Shown piece by piece: positions 49,511 through 61,585 of a stretch of 61,585 nt of DNA; position 1 is the first letter of the stretch; every line of letters starts with the position of its first letter. This DNA is from Halocafeteria seosinensis. Its lineage: Eukaryota. Made by a program: the position numbers and the translations under genes. The DNA is taken from positions 1 to 61,585 of the forward strand of contig LVLI01000585.1 of NCBI GenBank assembly GCA_001687465.1, in the 5' to 3' direction. The notes below the pieces were generated by a model that was not told where the DNA came from, searched no databases, and worked only from the letters and a program-made list of their open reading frames with translations.

Positions 49511-51895
49511 CTAGTGCTGCGATCTGAAGCGCATATGCGGATACCCATGATTTTGCCATTCGTTTTTCATCTCGTTAATTTCCTCTCGATCTTCAGGGTC
49601 TAAAGTACTATATTTCGATTTAATACGCTCGGATCCACGTAAAGGATCATCGTCGAGGTCGCGCTGCTGAGCTGTATAGCCTCTTCCGACCCTATACATC
49701 GCATCAAGTTCAGAGCGCAAGGTCTGAGCATTCGTATAAGATGCCACACAGGACTCATCAAATAACTCAGCAAGTAAATACGCGGGAAATACTTTGAACG
49801 GCTTGATCCACCACTGCCAAAAATCAGTGGACATGCAGGGATCTGCCTGGGCAACTGCAGACCGCGGGCCAGAACTAGCAAAGGCCCACGATAGGCGGCC
49901 AAGTTTATCAAGTTTAGCAGATAGTTGGCGAGAGTCTTGGCTATGCAGGTAGTTAGGCAAATTATAGGAATCGTCTGCACTTAGTTGATATGCCACTTTC
50001 CCGCAATTCTGTAAGCGGTTTGCGACTATACCCGGATGCTTAAGCATAGCCAACTGACTTCGGCTATACTGGCCAGTAGCGTCGAGCTGCAGAGTGCAAC
50101 ACTTCAGCAAGTGGTTCAAATTCCGTTCGGTTAGTGTTTTCCCCGGTATGACAGGAATAGACTTGCGTTCACCGAGCGTCTCTAAGATTTTTTTCCGCGA
50201 AGGTTCATCTTCTATATCTCCTTCATCATCCAGCTCATGCTTATTAACGCTCTTTAACTTGCTAAGATACCAACGGGGGTCCACAGCTTGGCGTACACCC
50301 GGCCCATAAAGCTTCAAGGCTTCATATGTTGCCACTGTGTCGACGTGGTTGCGTGAATGATAATCATAACGCATGATCTCAGGGGACCAAAGCCTCGAGC
50401 TATCTTCACTGTCGTTTGAGGAGACCGATCCATTCATGGCGTCTCTAAAAGCAAGCGATGGTGTTTGATCGTAATCTTCCTTGGATTTCTCACTGGATGG
50501 ACCACTATCTTTACGCGCATCTCTATTGAACTTTCGTTCCCCATCGTACTGCCATGCATCCCACATATACCTCAGCTTCTCGTGAGTGCTCACTGCCCCA
50601 TCAAATTGGTTCTCGGCAGCCAGACTAATCACCTGAAACTTCGGAGTTTGCTGGCTTTCGCGATTTCCCCTTAAATTTCCAGTTTTCTTCGTTCGTCTCT
50701 TGCGATGGTTACCTCTCCGGTTTGGGCTGACTGTCTCTTCAGTTATTCCAGAGGCTCCCATCACAAATTGTTCCACAGTAGCAGAATAGAGATTCCGGAC
50801 TTCGTCTACATCAGGGGCGTAGTGGTGCAAAAGAGGATACACTTCATCCCACGCCCTTGCCTGGGATTTTATTTCCAGCAACAGTTCACGTAGCTCTACT
50901 TTTGATCTTGAATTGATTAAATACAGCCATAGTGCCCATGTCGGCATCCCACCAAACACGACGTTGGCATTGTGATTCCGGGTCACGGCCTGAAAGATCG
51001 CCGAGAGGCTATCCTCATAGATCCGATGTAGCTCCTCGGATCCCTCAAATTTTGAATAGATCACTGAGTATTTACTGTTTAAAAAGGATGTATTTTCTTT
51101 TCTACGAAAAAGAGGTCCATGGGCGTACTCACGCAGTAATTCACCAGATAGTGTTAGGTCGTCTAAGGACTCGGGTGAGGGATTGGCAACGTAAAGCCGC
51201 TGCATGAGCCTTCTTTCGCTCTGCTTTAGCTTTTCTCTGTCATAATTACCACTGACAAGAGCTGAGAGGAAGCTGTCCGTGTAGTCTTTTTGTGGCAATA
51301 TCACATTTTCGATGAAATCGCGCGCCGAACCCACGTCTACTCCAATATCAATCTGATCCATTCGGTTCTGCATTCCTTCTATCAGCCCGTCAATACTGCG
51401 TCGAGTTTCTACCTTCCTCCGCTGATATTTTCTTCTGCGTGTAGGTGCCCGACGAGGTCCATCGGATCCAGTGTGCTTCGTATCGTCTAATTGCTCCTCT
51501 TCTGCCTCTCCAGGGAGGGAGATTCCCTTCGGGGTGAAGTATTTGCACGCCATGGGCGAGTCAGGTGGAATCGGGACGATCAGCGTCTGCGGACGATATT
51601 TGCTTATGGTGGCTGCAATGGCAGCACAGGCGTCCTTATTCCCTCTATGGGACTCTATAAGCAATAAAGGCGATGTTGGATGGCGGCTCCCTCCAATGCC
51701 TCGGATCCGCTGTATCTCTTGTGTGCGCAGCACCGACTTCCCGTCACTTTGAGCTGCATCTGTATCGTCGTCTTCGCTCTCTGAGAAACGCATCGAGAAG
51801 GAGAAACAGCGCATAGAGCCTTTGGAAGCGTGTATAATGCCATTTCCCTCCAGCTTCACAACCCGCCCGGGGAGTCTCTTCAGCATGTTCATCAT
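49511..51895 (-). CDS. Intronless hypothetical protein (794 aa), possible mitochondrial presequence and degenerate TraB-like N-terminal domain
   Basis: 2.4-kb ORF with a basic N-terminus. LLLIESHRGNKDACAAIAATISKYRPQTLIVPI loosely follows the TraB pattern. Confidence 0.7.
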   Translation of the reverse strand: MMNMLKRLPGRVVKLEGNGIIHASKGSMRCFSFSMRFSESEDDDTDAAQSDGKSVLRTQEIQRIRGIGGSRHPTSPLLLIESHRGNKDACAAIAATISKYRPQTLIVPIPPDSPMACKYFTPKGISLPGEAEEEQLDDTKHTGSDGPRRAPTRRRKYQRRKVETRRSIDGLIEGMQNRMDQIDIGVDVGSARDFIENVILPQKDYTDSFLSALVSGNYDREKLKQSERRLMQRLYVANPSPESLDDLTLSGELLREYAHGPLFRRKENTSFLNSKYSVIYSKFEGSEELHRIYEDSLSAIFQAVTRNHNANVVFGGMPTWALWLYLINSRSKVELRELLLEIKSQARAWDEVYPLLHHYAPDVDEVRNLYSATVEQFVMGASGITEETVSPNRRGNHRKRRTKKTGNLRGNRESQQTPKFQVISLAAENQFDGAVSTHEKLRYMWDAWQYDGERKFNRDARKDSGPSSEKSKEDYDQTPSLAFRDAMNGSVSSNDSEDSSRLWSPEIMRYDYHSRNHVDTVATYEALKLYGPGVRQAVDPRWYLSKLKSVNKHELDDEGDIEDEPSRKKILETLGERKSIPVIPGKTLTERNLNHLLKCCTLQLDATGQYSRSQLAMLKHPGIVANRLQNCGKVAYQLSADDSYNLPNYLHSQDSRQLSAKLDKLGRLSWAFASSGPRSAVAQADPCMSTDFWQWWIKPFKVFPAYLLAELFDESCVASYTNAQTLRSELDAMYRVGRGYTAQQRDLDDDPLRGSERIKSKYSTLDPEDREEINEMKNEWQNHGYPHMRFRSQH

Positions 51896-52172
51896 TCCAC
51901 ACCAATACCACGACGGTAAAATCTAATATTAGGTGAATAAATATATTGACAAATAAATCTATCTATCCTATCATTCCATGTGTCTGTGTCAGATAAATGA
52001 TCAGCAGCAAGGAGTGAACTGAATAGAAAGTGAAAGAAAAGATTGACATGTTTGCTTCTATTCATTCACCTCCCATTCTGAGGCGCTATAATGGGTTTAT
52101 CAGGACGTTTTCCCCATCCATAAGAGAAAAAAGGTTCTCAGTATATAGATCTGCACATCTTGGTAGTCCAAC

Positions 52173-54218
52173 ATGAGCGTCTTGGTGGAAACAAACATAG
52201 GCAATGTGACCATTGATGTGTTTGTGGATGAGGTCCCCGTGACCGCCAAGAACTTTTTAAAGCTATGTGCGCTCAAATACTACAATAATGTGCTCTTTTT
52301 CAACATCCAAGCAGACTTTATCGCGCAGACGGGGGACCCGACTGGCACCGGTAAAGGAGGCTCGTCCATCTATGGGTAGGTATTAAGATTGTTTGGGTGG
52401 AAGGAAGTATGTCGAGGTATTTGGATTTTTTTGCTTTGATGCTGTATTCCACAGATTATTAGAAGGTGAGGATAAACGGTTCATAGCGGACGAAATACGG
52501 TCCGATTTAACTCATGCCAAGAAGGGCACTGTTTCCATGGCCAATTTTGGTACACCCAATACCAATGGCTCACAGTTCTTCATCACCTTGGCTGAAGATA
52601 TCACGTACTTGGATAAGAAGAATACCGTCTTTGGAGAAGTCGTCGAAGGATTTGATGTCGTAGACCGTCTCAATGAGACCTACTGTGATCAACAAGGAAG
52701 ACCCTATCAAGTATGTATCCTTGCTAGCGTTACCCAGCTCCTGGGTTCTGATCTATCCTCGAGCACTCGCAGGATGTTCGTATTCGGCATACCTATGTAT
52801 TATACGATCCTTTTGATAATTGGGAAGAGCTTGAAAGGAAACTACCAGAAAAGAGCCCCGATAGACTGAAGCCGGAAGAAGAGGTAAGTAGTCAAGCTTT
52901 CATGGCTGAACGGAGAACGAAGCAGGGGTTGAATGTTGCATTGGCAGACGGTGGATGAGAGGATTCCAGCAGAGGAGGAAATAAAAGCGGAGAGTGAAAA
53001 TGAAGAAGATCTTGAAAAGAAAGAGGAAAAACTCAAGGCAGAAGAAGAAAAGAGCCGGGCTGTCGTTCTGGAAATGGTGCGTATTACATTGGTGGGCTGC
53101 AGCATTGACATGGTTAAATAACGGGGTCGCCCTCAATTGCATCTGCAGGTTGGAGATTTGCCAGACGCTGATCTGAAGCCTCCAGAAAACGTACTGTTTG
53201 TATGTAAATTAAATCCGGTGACAACCGATGAGGACTTAGAGATGATATTTTCAAGATTTGGCAAAATCAACAAGTAAGCAAACTACAAGGAAGGAAAAAT
53301 TGGGTAGTGTGATCCACTTTCTTGCTTGGGCTCTAGCAGTTGCAACATCGTGAAAGACTTCAAAACAGGCAATAGTTTGTGCTACGCATTCATCGAGTTT
53401 GAAACCAAAGAACAATGCGAAGAAGCATACTTTAAGATGAATAATGTGCTCATAGATGACAGGCGCATCAAGGTTCGTCTGGCACCGCGATATCTGATAC
53501 CTTCACTAGTCCCATGCCATATCCTCTTTGACGAACAACCCAGGTGGACTTTTCGCAATCCGTGAAGAAACTGTGGAGTAATTTCAAGCTAAATCCATGG
53601 GAAAAAAAGGCTCGCAGGGAATTAGCTGAAGAGCATAAACGAAAACAAAGGCAACTTGAAGACGAAGAAAAACGCGAGAAGGAAAAACAAGAAGGCAATA
53701 ATCGGGCGACGGAAGTGGCAACTTCAGGAAAAATCCAGCAGTCGTCCAGAGTGGGTGGGCAGAGTAATCCAGCTTTGCGCCACCGAAGCCACTCTCCGTA
53801 CAGAAAAAATCAAGAACGTCATGGTGGCTATCGACAGCACCATCATAGACGCAGGGACGACGATTACTCCACTTCCAATCGCCATCGCAGCTCCTCGCAT
53901 CGAGATCGGTCCAGGCACGACGACGATGATCACAGCCGCAGGCATCGCCACCGCTCAAGCAAACGCGACAGAACTGAAGACGATGGCAAGGATAGACGAG
54001 ATCGAAGATCACGAAGCCGCGACAGAAAGCATCGCAGAAGCGATAAACATCGCGATAGTCGACGACGAAGTCGTGAACATCGACGCGATGATGATAACCA
54101 TGAACGCAGAAGATCCAAAGAGAAAAGACGTAGTAGCTCAAAGAAGAAGCATAGGAGTTCCAAGAAATCCCGATCTCGCTCTGGCAGTAGGGGCTCGTCC
54201 GGCAGCTCAAAGGGTTAA
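52173..54218 (+). CDS. PPIL4: Cyclophilin-RRM-RS protein (PPIL4/CYP59)
   Basis: [28 protein letters not shown] and [33 protein letters not shown] and YAFIEF, then VDFSQSV and an Arg/Ser/Asp-rich tail. Confidence 0.95.
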
Positions 54219-54247
54219 GTTCGCATCCAACCTTGTACATGCAGAAA

Positions 54248-56013
54248 TCAACGCTGGGACGCTGATTCCTTTCTCACCGAAAAGAAGATAGAGTCATAGA
54301 TTTTCTTTGAAAGGGATACCACGTTACTACCATATTCGCAGGGCCACGTAGCTTCATCCTGCACACAGTACCCATTCTGTGTTATCGGCACTAAGAAACA
54401 CGGAAGCTGGATCATACCAAGAATTGAAATCCACATCTTTTTATAGCATGTCGTATCTCGTCGTATGTGAGCTCAACAGACTTATAGTACCTTTCATCCA
54501 TACAGGTTGTGGATGTCATGAAATCGTTCCGCTGCCAGTGCCATTGCAACGGACCTGCGTGTGTCTTCAGCCTGTCAACTGCACCGCTTGGGTCACATAT
54601 CGCCCTTGAAACACTTACCAAGGTTTATCCAGACTCCGCCAGGTTTCAGTAAACGGAAAATCGTTTCAATATATTCTATGATGTTCGGAGCAGTATCGAT
54701 GAAGAAGCATGTGACAACGGCGTCCCAGCACCCTGTGTCGGGCAGTGGTCGTTGTCAACTCGTTGAACAGATTGAACGCTGGGTGTTCACAGTACCGTAC
54801 AGTCCAAATATGCAAGAACACGATAATCACCTACCTGCTTGACGTTCGTAAGATTTCAGAAATTCTCCCGCAACCATTGAGAATGCTGGAGCATTCTGCC
54901 CCGTTGCCAGCATTTCTCGCTTTGGGTTTACATCCGGTAGGCACACAGGCCGAAGCATATGGGCCGCTTTCATCTGATTCGAGGCGTCGTGAATCCAAGG
55001 AATTATCGTCTCGCTGAATAACAGAACAACAGTGGTTTGAGGACCAAAATGTCCTAGGTACTCGTGAGACGGGCTTACCACTCTTTATCCTGGCAATGAT
55101 TCATAATATAGTTTCCCGTAAATAACATGAAATAACTAAATTCGTTGCCTTGGCATGAATATCCCGCAGATACAATGTCATAGACAAGACGACCGAGTCC
55201 ACATCCAGGAACGAGCACGTATTTACTGCTCCTTGGTCTTCCATCGTCAAGTCGTTCGTGTAACTCCTTTACTATGGGGTCAAAGGAACAAGCACGCTCC
55301 TTAGCGCCTTCGGCACTCCAGTGCCGAACACAAGCATGTAGCGTGTGCATGAGTTTGTCGAAATGACGAAAAGGTGTCTTCGGTTCCTCGAACACTGTAC
55401 GTACATGTTTAGTTGCAGATGAAATCGGTGAAGCATGCATGCGGACAGTACAAGTTTCTCAGTTCTTAGTATCTACCTCGATCGCCTTTGCTCGGATATT
55501 GCGATGCACCCACGGCAGAGTTCCTTGAACCATCGGAAACGTGTCCATCCTGGGAGGGACTCATAGTTGTCGAGTTTACGGCAGCCACGCGATTCAAAAA
55601 CTCTTGATTCCGCTTTACCGCTTCGCGTAGCGTTTCAAACTTTTTCGCCATAGCTTCCATTGGTCTGCACGCCACTGTCAGAGAGGCAATGCTAGGTTTA
55701 AAAAAAAAAAAAAAAAAATTATTCTTGTCTTACAAAAGAGCTTGATGAGCTTCAGATAGTTGACAGAAATGCAATTCTTGCCGTCTCACTTCCCGTTCCA
55801 TCCATAGCGCATACTCAGAGAATGCTTCCAAGACCTGCTATATTACAATTGCATTGGAGGAAGAAAAGTAGTGGTTATTAGCTGCATACACATGTGCTCG
55901 TGTTGATTTTCAATAGCACATACGGACTGGAAATGAGCCTGTTCTTGCTCGAGTTCCTCGGTATCAGGGCCATTATTCGAAGCATTTTGGGTTGATTTAG
56001 AGGCCATTTTCAT
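54248..56013 (-). CDS. CARNMT1: Carnosine N-methyltransferase (N2227-like)
   Basis: [57 protein letters not shown] and [14 protein letters not shown]. Confidence 0.92.
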
Positions 56014-56047
56014 TCCCTAACACCTACATACTAGACTACTCCTAAGA

Positions 56048-57035
56048 ATGAGTGACGAAGAGGAACCGACACTATTACGTGAGAGACAACTCAATGAAAT
56101 TGAGGTCTTACAGAGCATGTACCCACCTCCTGAAGAGCAGGATGATACCGATGATATGAGCTTTCGAATGATCACTTCAGAAGAAAATATGGAGAAAGTA
56201 GGCCAGAATGTGAATTCGAATGATGGGATACACATACGATTTGAAATCCGACAAGCTTTGAAATTGTCCTTGGAATTTGAATTCCCACCGAGATATCCGG
56301 AAGAACCTCTACAAGTCCACGTAGCCCAGCCAGATCTCCCAAAGGAACTCATTCAGGAGCTGCAACGCCTGGGGAATGAGACGGCAGAGAGCCACAAGGG
56401 CGAAGAAGCTGCCATGCATGTCATCAACGCAGTGACTGAACGGTTCCATGAATTGTACGAAATGCACCAGCAGGAAGCAGCAGCCAAAACTGCGGCGGAG
56501 GCCGAAGCCTCCTCAAAGACGCCATCAGCCCCTGTCATCGGAAGGAGACTTTTGTGGTTTCATCATATCAAGAGTCCCAAGAAAAAGAGAAGTATTACGG
56601 AGTGGGCAGCAGAACTCAAGCTGCAAGGCATGTGCAAACCAGGATATCCAGGTATCCTGTTTATCGAGGGCGACGAAAGCCACTGCGAAGAATACGTGCA
56701 TCGCTTGAAACGCCTCCGCTGGTAAGTATTTCTGCTGTTGCGGTATCACCGCTGTATTCCCACATCGTTCTCTGTACACAGGAAAAGCATAGAAGTGAGG
56801 GCCGAAGAATCCAAGGACGGTTTCGTGAGAGACTGTGTCGACGATTTGAGGCTATTCCATGAAGGTTTCCAGGTTCGTTAGTGCTAGCTGTTAACCACAT
56901 CCATAAAGCGCAGTCACCAGATACCCCCAATGTTTGCAGCTGCTGTCAGAGGAAGACACAGGCCATTTTACCAAAGAACTAGAGAGAATCGGTAAGTCCG
57001 ACTTTGTCACCGGGGGAATCCTTCGAATGGGGTAG
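56048..57035 (+). CDS. RWDD2: RWD domain + DUF1115 protein (RWDD2-like)
   Basis: RQLNEIEVLQSMYP, FPPRYP, RRLLWFHHIKS and GMCKPGYPGILFIEG...RLKRLRW. Two 3' introns. Confidence 0.88.
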
Positions 57036-57038
57036 TTC

Positions 57039-59064
57039 CTACTCGACAAACCATGCGCTGACGCTGCTTTGGACCTTTTGGGCTTTATAAGGACCGTCTC
57101 CACTTATAGGAGTAGAGCTATGGGGTCGCTTGGCTTTTTCACCGCTAGCCGGTGTTGGCTGCTTCTGCCCTCCTGGTGTAGAAGATTCTTCACTTTCTGT
57201 GTCGTCGTTACCTTCCTCCGTTTCCATAGGCTCGGTGGAGGAGGTATGCAGCCCCTGGTGTTGCTTTTCTGGATTAGCATCTGCAAGGGAAACGAGAGTG
57301 TATACCGATGACGATTGCCCAATTAGCAACATTGTGTACCTTTGGTGGGCGTTGCTGCACCAGTACTGTGACCTGACTGCACTACACGATGCCGCAACCG
57401 CCTTCCGGAATTGAGACTGTCATCCTGGCCGGCCATGCTTTTCTTGGCTGCGTTACTGATGTCAAGATCAGCGCTATCCGCAGAGGCGTCGCTATCATCA
57501 TCTTCATCGTCGTCTCCATCACTATCACCACTAGATGAATTACTGTCGGAGCCATCATCGTTTTCGTCGAAGTCGTCTTCGTCTTCCGAGTCGCCAGTGT
57601 CCTTAACGTTCTTCTGTCCCTCTTCCCCAATTTCCTCTTCAGCTGAGGTCTCTTCAGTATCCGAATCATTGTCCTCTTCTGGTGCCTCGTAGTTTTGATG
57701 TATATAGTCTTTGACGGCTCCCGCGTACTCCTGCAGATCACAGCCGAACCCCCAGGGTATCGACAGAACACGAGCTGATATGTCCACTATGGGTTGCTTA
57801 CGTCTTCAATCATGCGAAACTCGGTTTTCTTCCCTTCTTTATCGGTGAAGAATAAATCGAATGTATTAGCCTGCGAAGACTGTCTTCCTATTTGCATGCT
57901 GCCGATATTGTCGCGGGAGAGAAATATTAGAGGTCGGGGTCCGAACAGAGCACCTTGTTTGAGCAACCATAATCTGCCGCTTGATACCTTGTGGTAGCAT
58001 TTAATACAAGATTCACCTGAACAAGAGGAAAACACCTACTGCAAGGTTTTGTGAACACCGAACGGGGTAGATTGACGCATACCTGAAGAGCCGTCATTGT
58101 CCACCTCGTGAACTTTCTTCAGAACTCCACTTATCAGACCCAAAAGGCTTGAGGCAGTAATCACAAGGGCCTCGTCTGCCCGCCGAAGTTTTTTGACCTT
58201 CCGGGATCCTTCGGTCTTGCTTTCGAGGCTGAGTGAGTCCGCCTTGGGATTCAGTTGGGTGGGATCAACGTCCCGCACTACTTTTAGTGCATACTTTGCT
58301 TTGGATTCTGCATGAGCGGTAAGAGTCTTTCCAAGAGCCCCCTTTGGAAGAAAGAGGATCTAACTCGTAAAACTAACCTGAGCACAAAAACGTAACAGAA
58401 GCGTATTTAGCCTTCCCGTAGACAACCGGTTCGTTGAGAATGATAGCGAACAGCCACTGAGTTTCCTGGAAAGAGTCGAGTCAAATAGGAGGCTAGAGTA
58501 GTCACCATACACGCAGCAAAGAAACATAAATAAAACGAACCGATTGGTACTGGTCTTTGATATCCATTTTGAAAACGTGCCGAACGTTCGATCGCTTCAG
58601 CTGCACAATTACATGAAAGTGGCAGAGTTGAATAGGAATCGCTGGGGAGTGCCGCTTACCGTCACTACTGGCATGGCTTCTTCAGGGTTTGCAGCTTTGC
58701 CAGTGCTGGTCTTCGTCAAAAACATCGCGTCTTCCGAAAATGCGATATGAAATCGACCTCTTGGAGAGTTAAAGCTGACGGATTCCTGAAAGTGCGCGAA
58801 TGCCTTCTCAGCGACAGTAGCCGACGTGTCTTCTCCCATGGGTGGTACAGCAGTCGGCTTCTTAGTTTCCTCCGACGCGCCAGTAGTTTGTGCCTCTTTG
58901 GAAGCATCCTGTCGAATGCAATTTGCAAGCTCACGAAATTGCACAGAAGACTCAGGATGCTTCTCATGAAGCTGAATCAGGGGTTCACAGCTAGCTAGAC
59001 CAGATAGCAGACTTCTCAAACTATCGCTAGTATTCATGTTTCCAGTACTGGTAACACTCGTCAT
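57039..59064 (-). CDS. Rtt106/SSRP1-type PH-domain histone chaperone with an acidic tail
   Basis: FNSPRGRFHIAF, CIKCYHKVSSGRLWLL...FGPRPLIFL, TFDL and EFRMI, followed by a long D/E-rich tract. Confidence 0.75.
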
Positions 59065-59483
59065 GGCGTCAGGGAGTTTTACTTTTTTCTGGTAATTCTA
59101 CTATGCAGATTTTTCGTGTATGGGAGACGACGACACTCCCCTGAACAATCCTCGTATTTCAAATGGAAGTCCCCACGTTGAAGTTACGCACATTTGAAAC
59201 TAGGTGGAAGTACTGAGTCCGGACTCCTGAGTCATAAATCATGGTTCCTTTTCGAATCGAACCGCATGCCATGCGGGCATGATGCGGCGCATGATCCATT
59301 TCCAGAGAGAATACTGACTGTATTGCTGAGTAGTGCAGGACGATGAGACATGCCTGAAGTCGAGCGACCATCTCGGATTTGGAGTGGTACACTACAAGCA
59401 ACATTGCTATTCCTCTGTTCATTTCTGAGTGTCATGATGCCAGTGCAAAAATGTCTATGATATAAACATCTATCGTTCACTAC

Positions 59484-60432
59484 TTAAGATGACATTCTAA
59501 GTCCTCCGTCCAAACGAATGCACTCTCCGTTGATGTACCGGTTCTCCACTAAATGCTGAGCGAGAGCAGCATATTCCTCGGGTGTACCCAACCGCTGCGG
59601 AAACGGAACAGTAGCACCTAGCTCATCTTTGACTTTGTCAGGCAATCCTTCCATCATCGGAGTCATGAATACTCCGGGTGCGATGCTATTTACACGGATA
59701 CCGTGTGCAGCAAGCTCTCGCGCCGCTGGGAGAGACAAGCTGGCAACACCGCCTTTACTGGAGCCGTAAGCACACTGGCCGATCTGTCCCTCAAAGGCGG
59801 CAACACTTGCGGTATTAATAATAACACCTCTCTCGTTATCTTCTGCGGCTTCACCTGCTGACATGCGCTCAGCAGCCAGACGCAGCACGTTAAAAGTTCC
59901 AACAAGGTTCACATTCACAATCTGGAAAAGCGTGACGTGACAAGTTCGGACTCCCTTGTGAACACTGAAACAAAGCCGTTCCATCCAAGCTGCTTACCTT
60001 CTGGAAGTGCTCCAGGTCATGCACCCCTTTTTTGCCGAGGATTTTCTTTGGAGGTGCCAACCCAGCGCATTGAACGACAGCGTTCAGTGGTCCGTATTCT
60101 TGCTGGCACATGTCGAGAGCCTTAGTTACCTGCGAAAATAAAGAGCCGGAAGAAAGTGAACCATGAGGAATAAAAGCGACGGTGCACTACTAAAAATAAA
60201 AGATAATGGACACATGCATCGTTTGTAAAGCACGTACATCGTCTGCCGACGTCACGTCAGTGGGAGCAAAGTGGGCGCCAATTTCCTTAGCCACAGACTC
60301 GCCATTCGTTGAGGGTAGGTCTGCGATCACCACTTTCGCTCCATGCTTTATAAATCGTTCAGCTGTGGCCCGACCTAACCCTGAGGCAGCTCCAGTGACC
60401 AGCGCAATCTTGGATGCTAATGCAGCCGACAT
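59484..60432 (-). CDS. HSD17B10: 3-hydroxyacyl-CoA dehydrogenase type 2 (SDR)
   Basis: [49 protein letters not shown] and [13 protein letters not shown]. Confidence 0.95.
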
Positions 60433-61219
60433 CGTAAAGGACAAGAGAGCTTCACAATCTTAAGGAACCTCGATCGTAGAACTAGTGTTGCCTGTTTTGC
60501 AGAGGCGAAATTCCACATGCAACATCAAGTCAGTGAACACAACCCACTACCGTTTCTCACTGGCAGTGTGAGTCACAGCGACTGCGTTATGTGCCCTTGC
60601 AGGGGATGGTCTCGGGTGGTTCATGATTCCAAGGAGCCCCGGGTTCTGGCGCGGAATCCGTATCTCATGTACGCAGCAATCTTTCCGTCGACTGTTTTCA
60701 TTTTCATAGAGAATACCTTATCCACGCAGGACAAATCTTGTTCCTAGAGTGGTGTGATTGGTACTGAGTTACGTTCCTACATCTACCGCAGTGTATATTT
60801 TGCGTGCGCCGCATTTCTCTGCACTCTGATCGTGCTCTTGTACGCCATATACGGCTGTTTCCCTTATCCGCTTTCTGAGGTTCTCTCCTCTAGGTACGTG
60901 TGAGTGAGAAATTGCAGGTGCCTTCAAGAGGATCCAATACCGATGGTTTACTGATTGCAATGTACCACACACTGCTGACGAAAATAGTGTGGTCCAATGA
61001 GGCGTTCGATGCCGGGCCACGCGGTGTCCCCAGAACCTTTTTTGCTGTTGGCTTCAAGGGGAGAGCATAGGGGAGAGGCATCTCGGAGTGTTGACTCCCG
61101 TCTGGAATCGGGGGTTCGATTCCATTACCACGTCTTTATGGCCAGAAGATAGGCGCTTAACTCTCATTGTTTCTCCTGCCTGCAGGTCCCGGAATCCCCG
61201 CCGTTGTAGTTGTCGAAAG

Positions 61220-61585
61220 ATGTCGATGTTCGGAGCAGGTGGACGCGGTCCACCCGCATATATTCTCTCCTTGGATATACAAAATGTTGGCAGAACCATT
61301 GCCCGCAGCAAGAAGCGTATCACATGGAAGTTTGTATTCGAAGAAGACCCAGATGAGCACATGGTAGCCTTACTTCACTCCGTAACGAGTGGAAAGAAAG
61401 TAGTTGTATTGGACGGACAGACCCACTATACGGATGAAGAAGTATGTCTTCCGATGGATTCGTTGGCTCTCAAAGTTCAGTGTGGATGCCCGACCCTCCA
61501 CTCTTTTGTTCTGCAGATTTCAATGGGTGAATGGATTTATACATTTCAATTCCAAAACCATTCGATGTCTGTCTATATCGGCAGC
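61220..61585 (+). CDS. FAIM-like beta-sandwich domain protein, truncated by the window end
   Basis: QNVGRTIARSKKRITWKF...HMVALLHSVTSGKKVVVLDG. GTATGT donor at 61442; the next exon reads ISMGEWIYTFQF. Confidence 0.6.
   Translation, partial: MSMFGAGGRGPPAYILSLDIQNVGRTIARSKKRITWKFVFEEDPDEHMVALLHSVTSGKKVVVLDGQTHYTDEEVCLPMDSLALKVQCGCPTLHSFVLQISMGEWIYTFQFQNHSMSVYIGS

Noticed and set aside
53584..54291. Long overlapping alternative-frame ORFs over the PPIL4 tail
   Set aside because: They are shadows of the low-complexity Arg/Ser/Asp-coding sequence.
55700..55718. A19 run as a retrocopy tail
   Set aside because: It lies inside a CARNMT1 intron with no TSD or element body.

Overview
This is a very gene-dense eukaryotic window with short GT-AG introns (mostly about 55-100 nt) and tiny intergenic gaps. 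It looks like a unicellular protist: a SAXO-type axonemal gene suggests flagella, and a FAIM-like gene of a style I associate with stramenopiles is present, but the taxon is only an inference. The first ~4.8 kb is gene-poor and holds a decayed retropepsin-like ORF, short tandem repeats and copies of a small (CA)n/(TG)n-tailed retroposon-like element. The rest encodes about 22 genes, mostly housekeeping: TTC39, SAXO-like, a DAG/sphingosine kinase, a GST-like/ProX fusion, an RluA-family pseudouridine synthase, C3orf33-like, SMC5, RPT3, exportin-T, an OPA-family MFS transporter, PPIL4, CARNMT1, RWDD2, an Rtt106-domain protein and HSD17B10. The standout is a head-to-head pair of ETR1-type ethylene-receptor-like hybrid histidine kinases (11895-16031 minus; 17617-21755 plus). 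Both keep the copper/ethylene-binding residues (D25, Y32, I35, I62, C65, H69, K91 in ETR1 numbering), both have Ser at P36, and one has lost the phospho-acceptor His (H to Y), echoing the active/degenerate split of plant ethylene receptors. An intronless GIY-YIG + CCHC gene resembling giant-virus genes is also present. All family assignments come from motifs recognised by eye; no searches were run.
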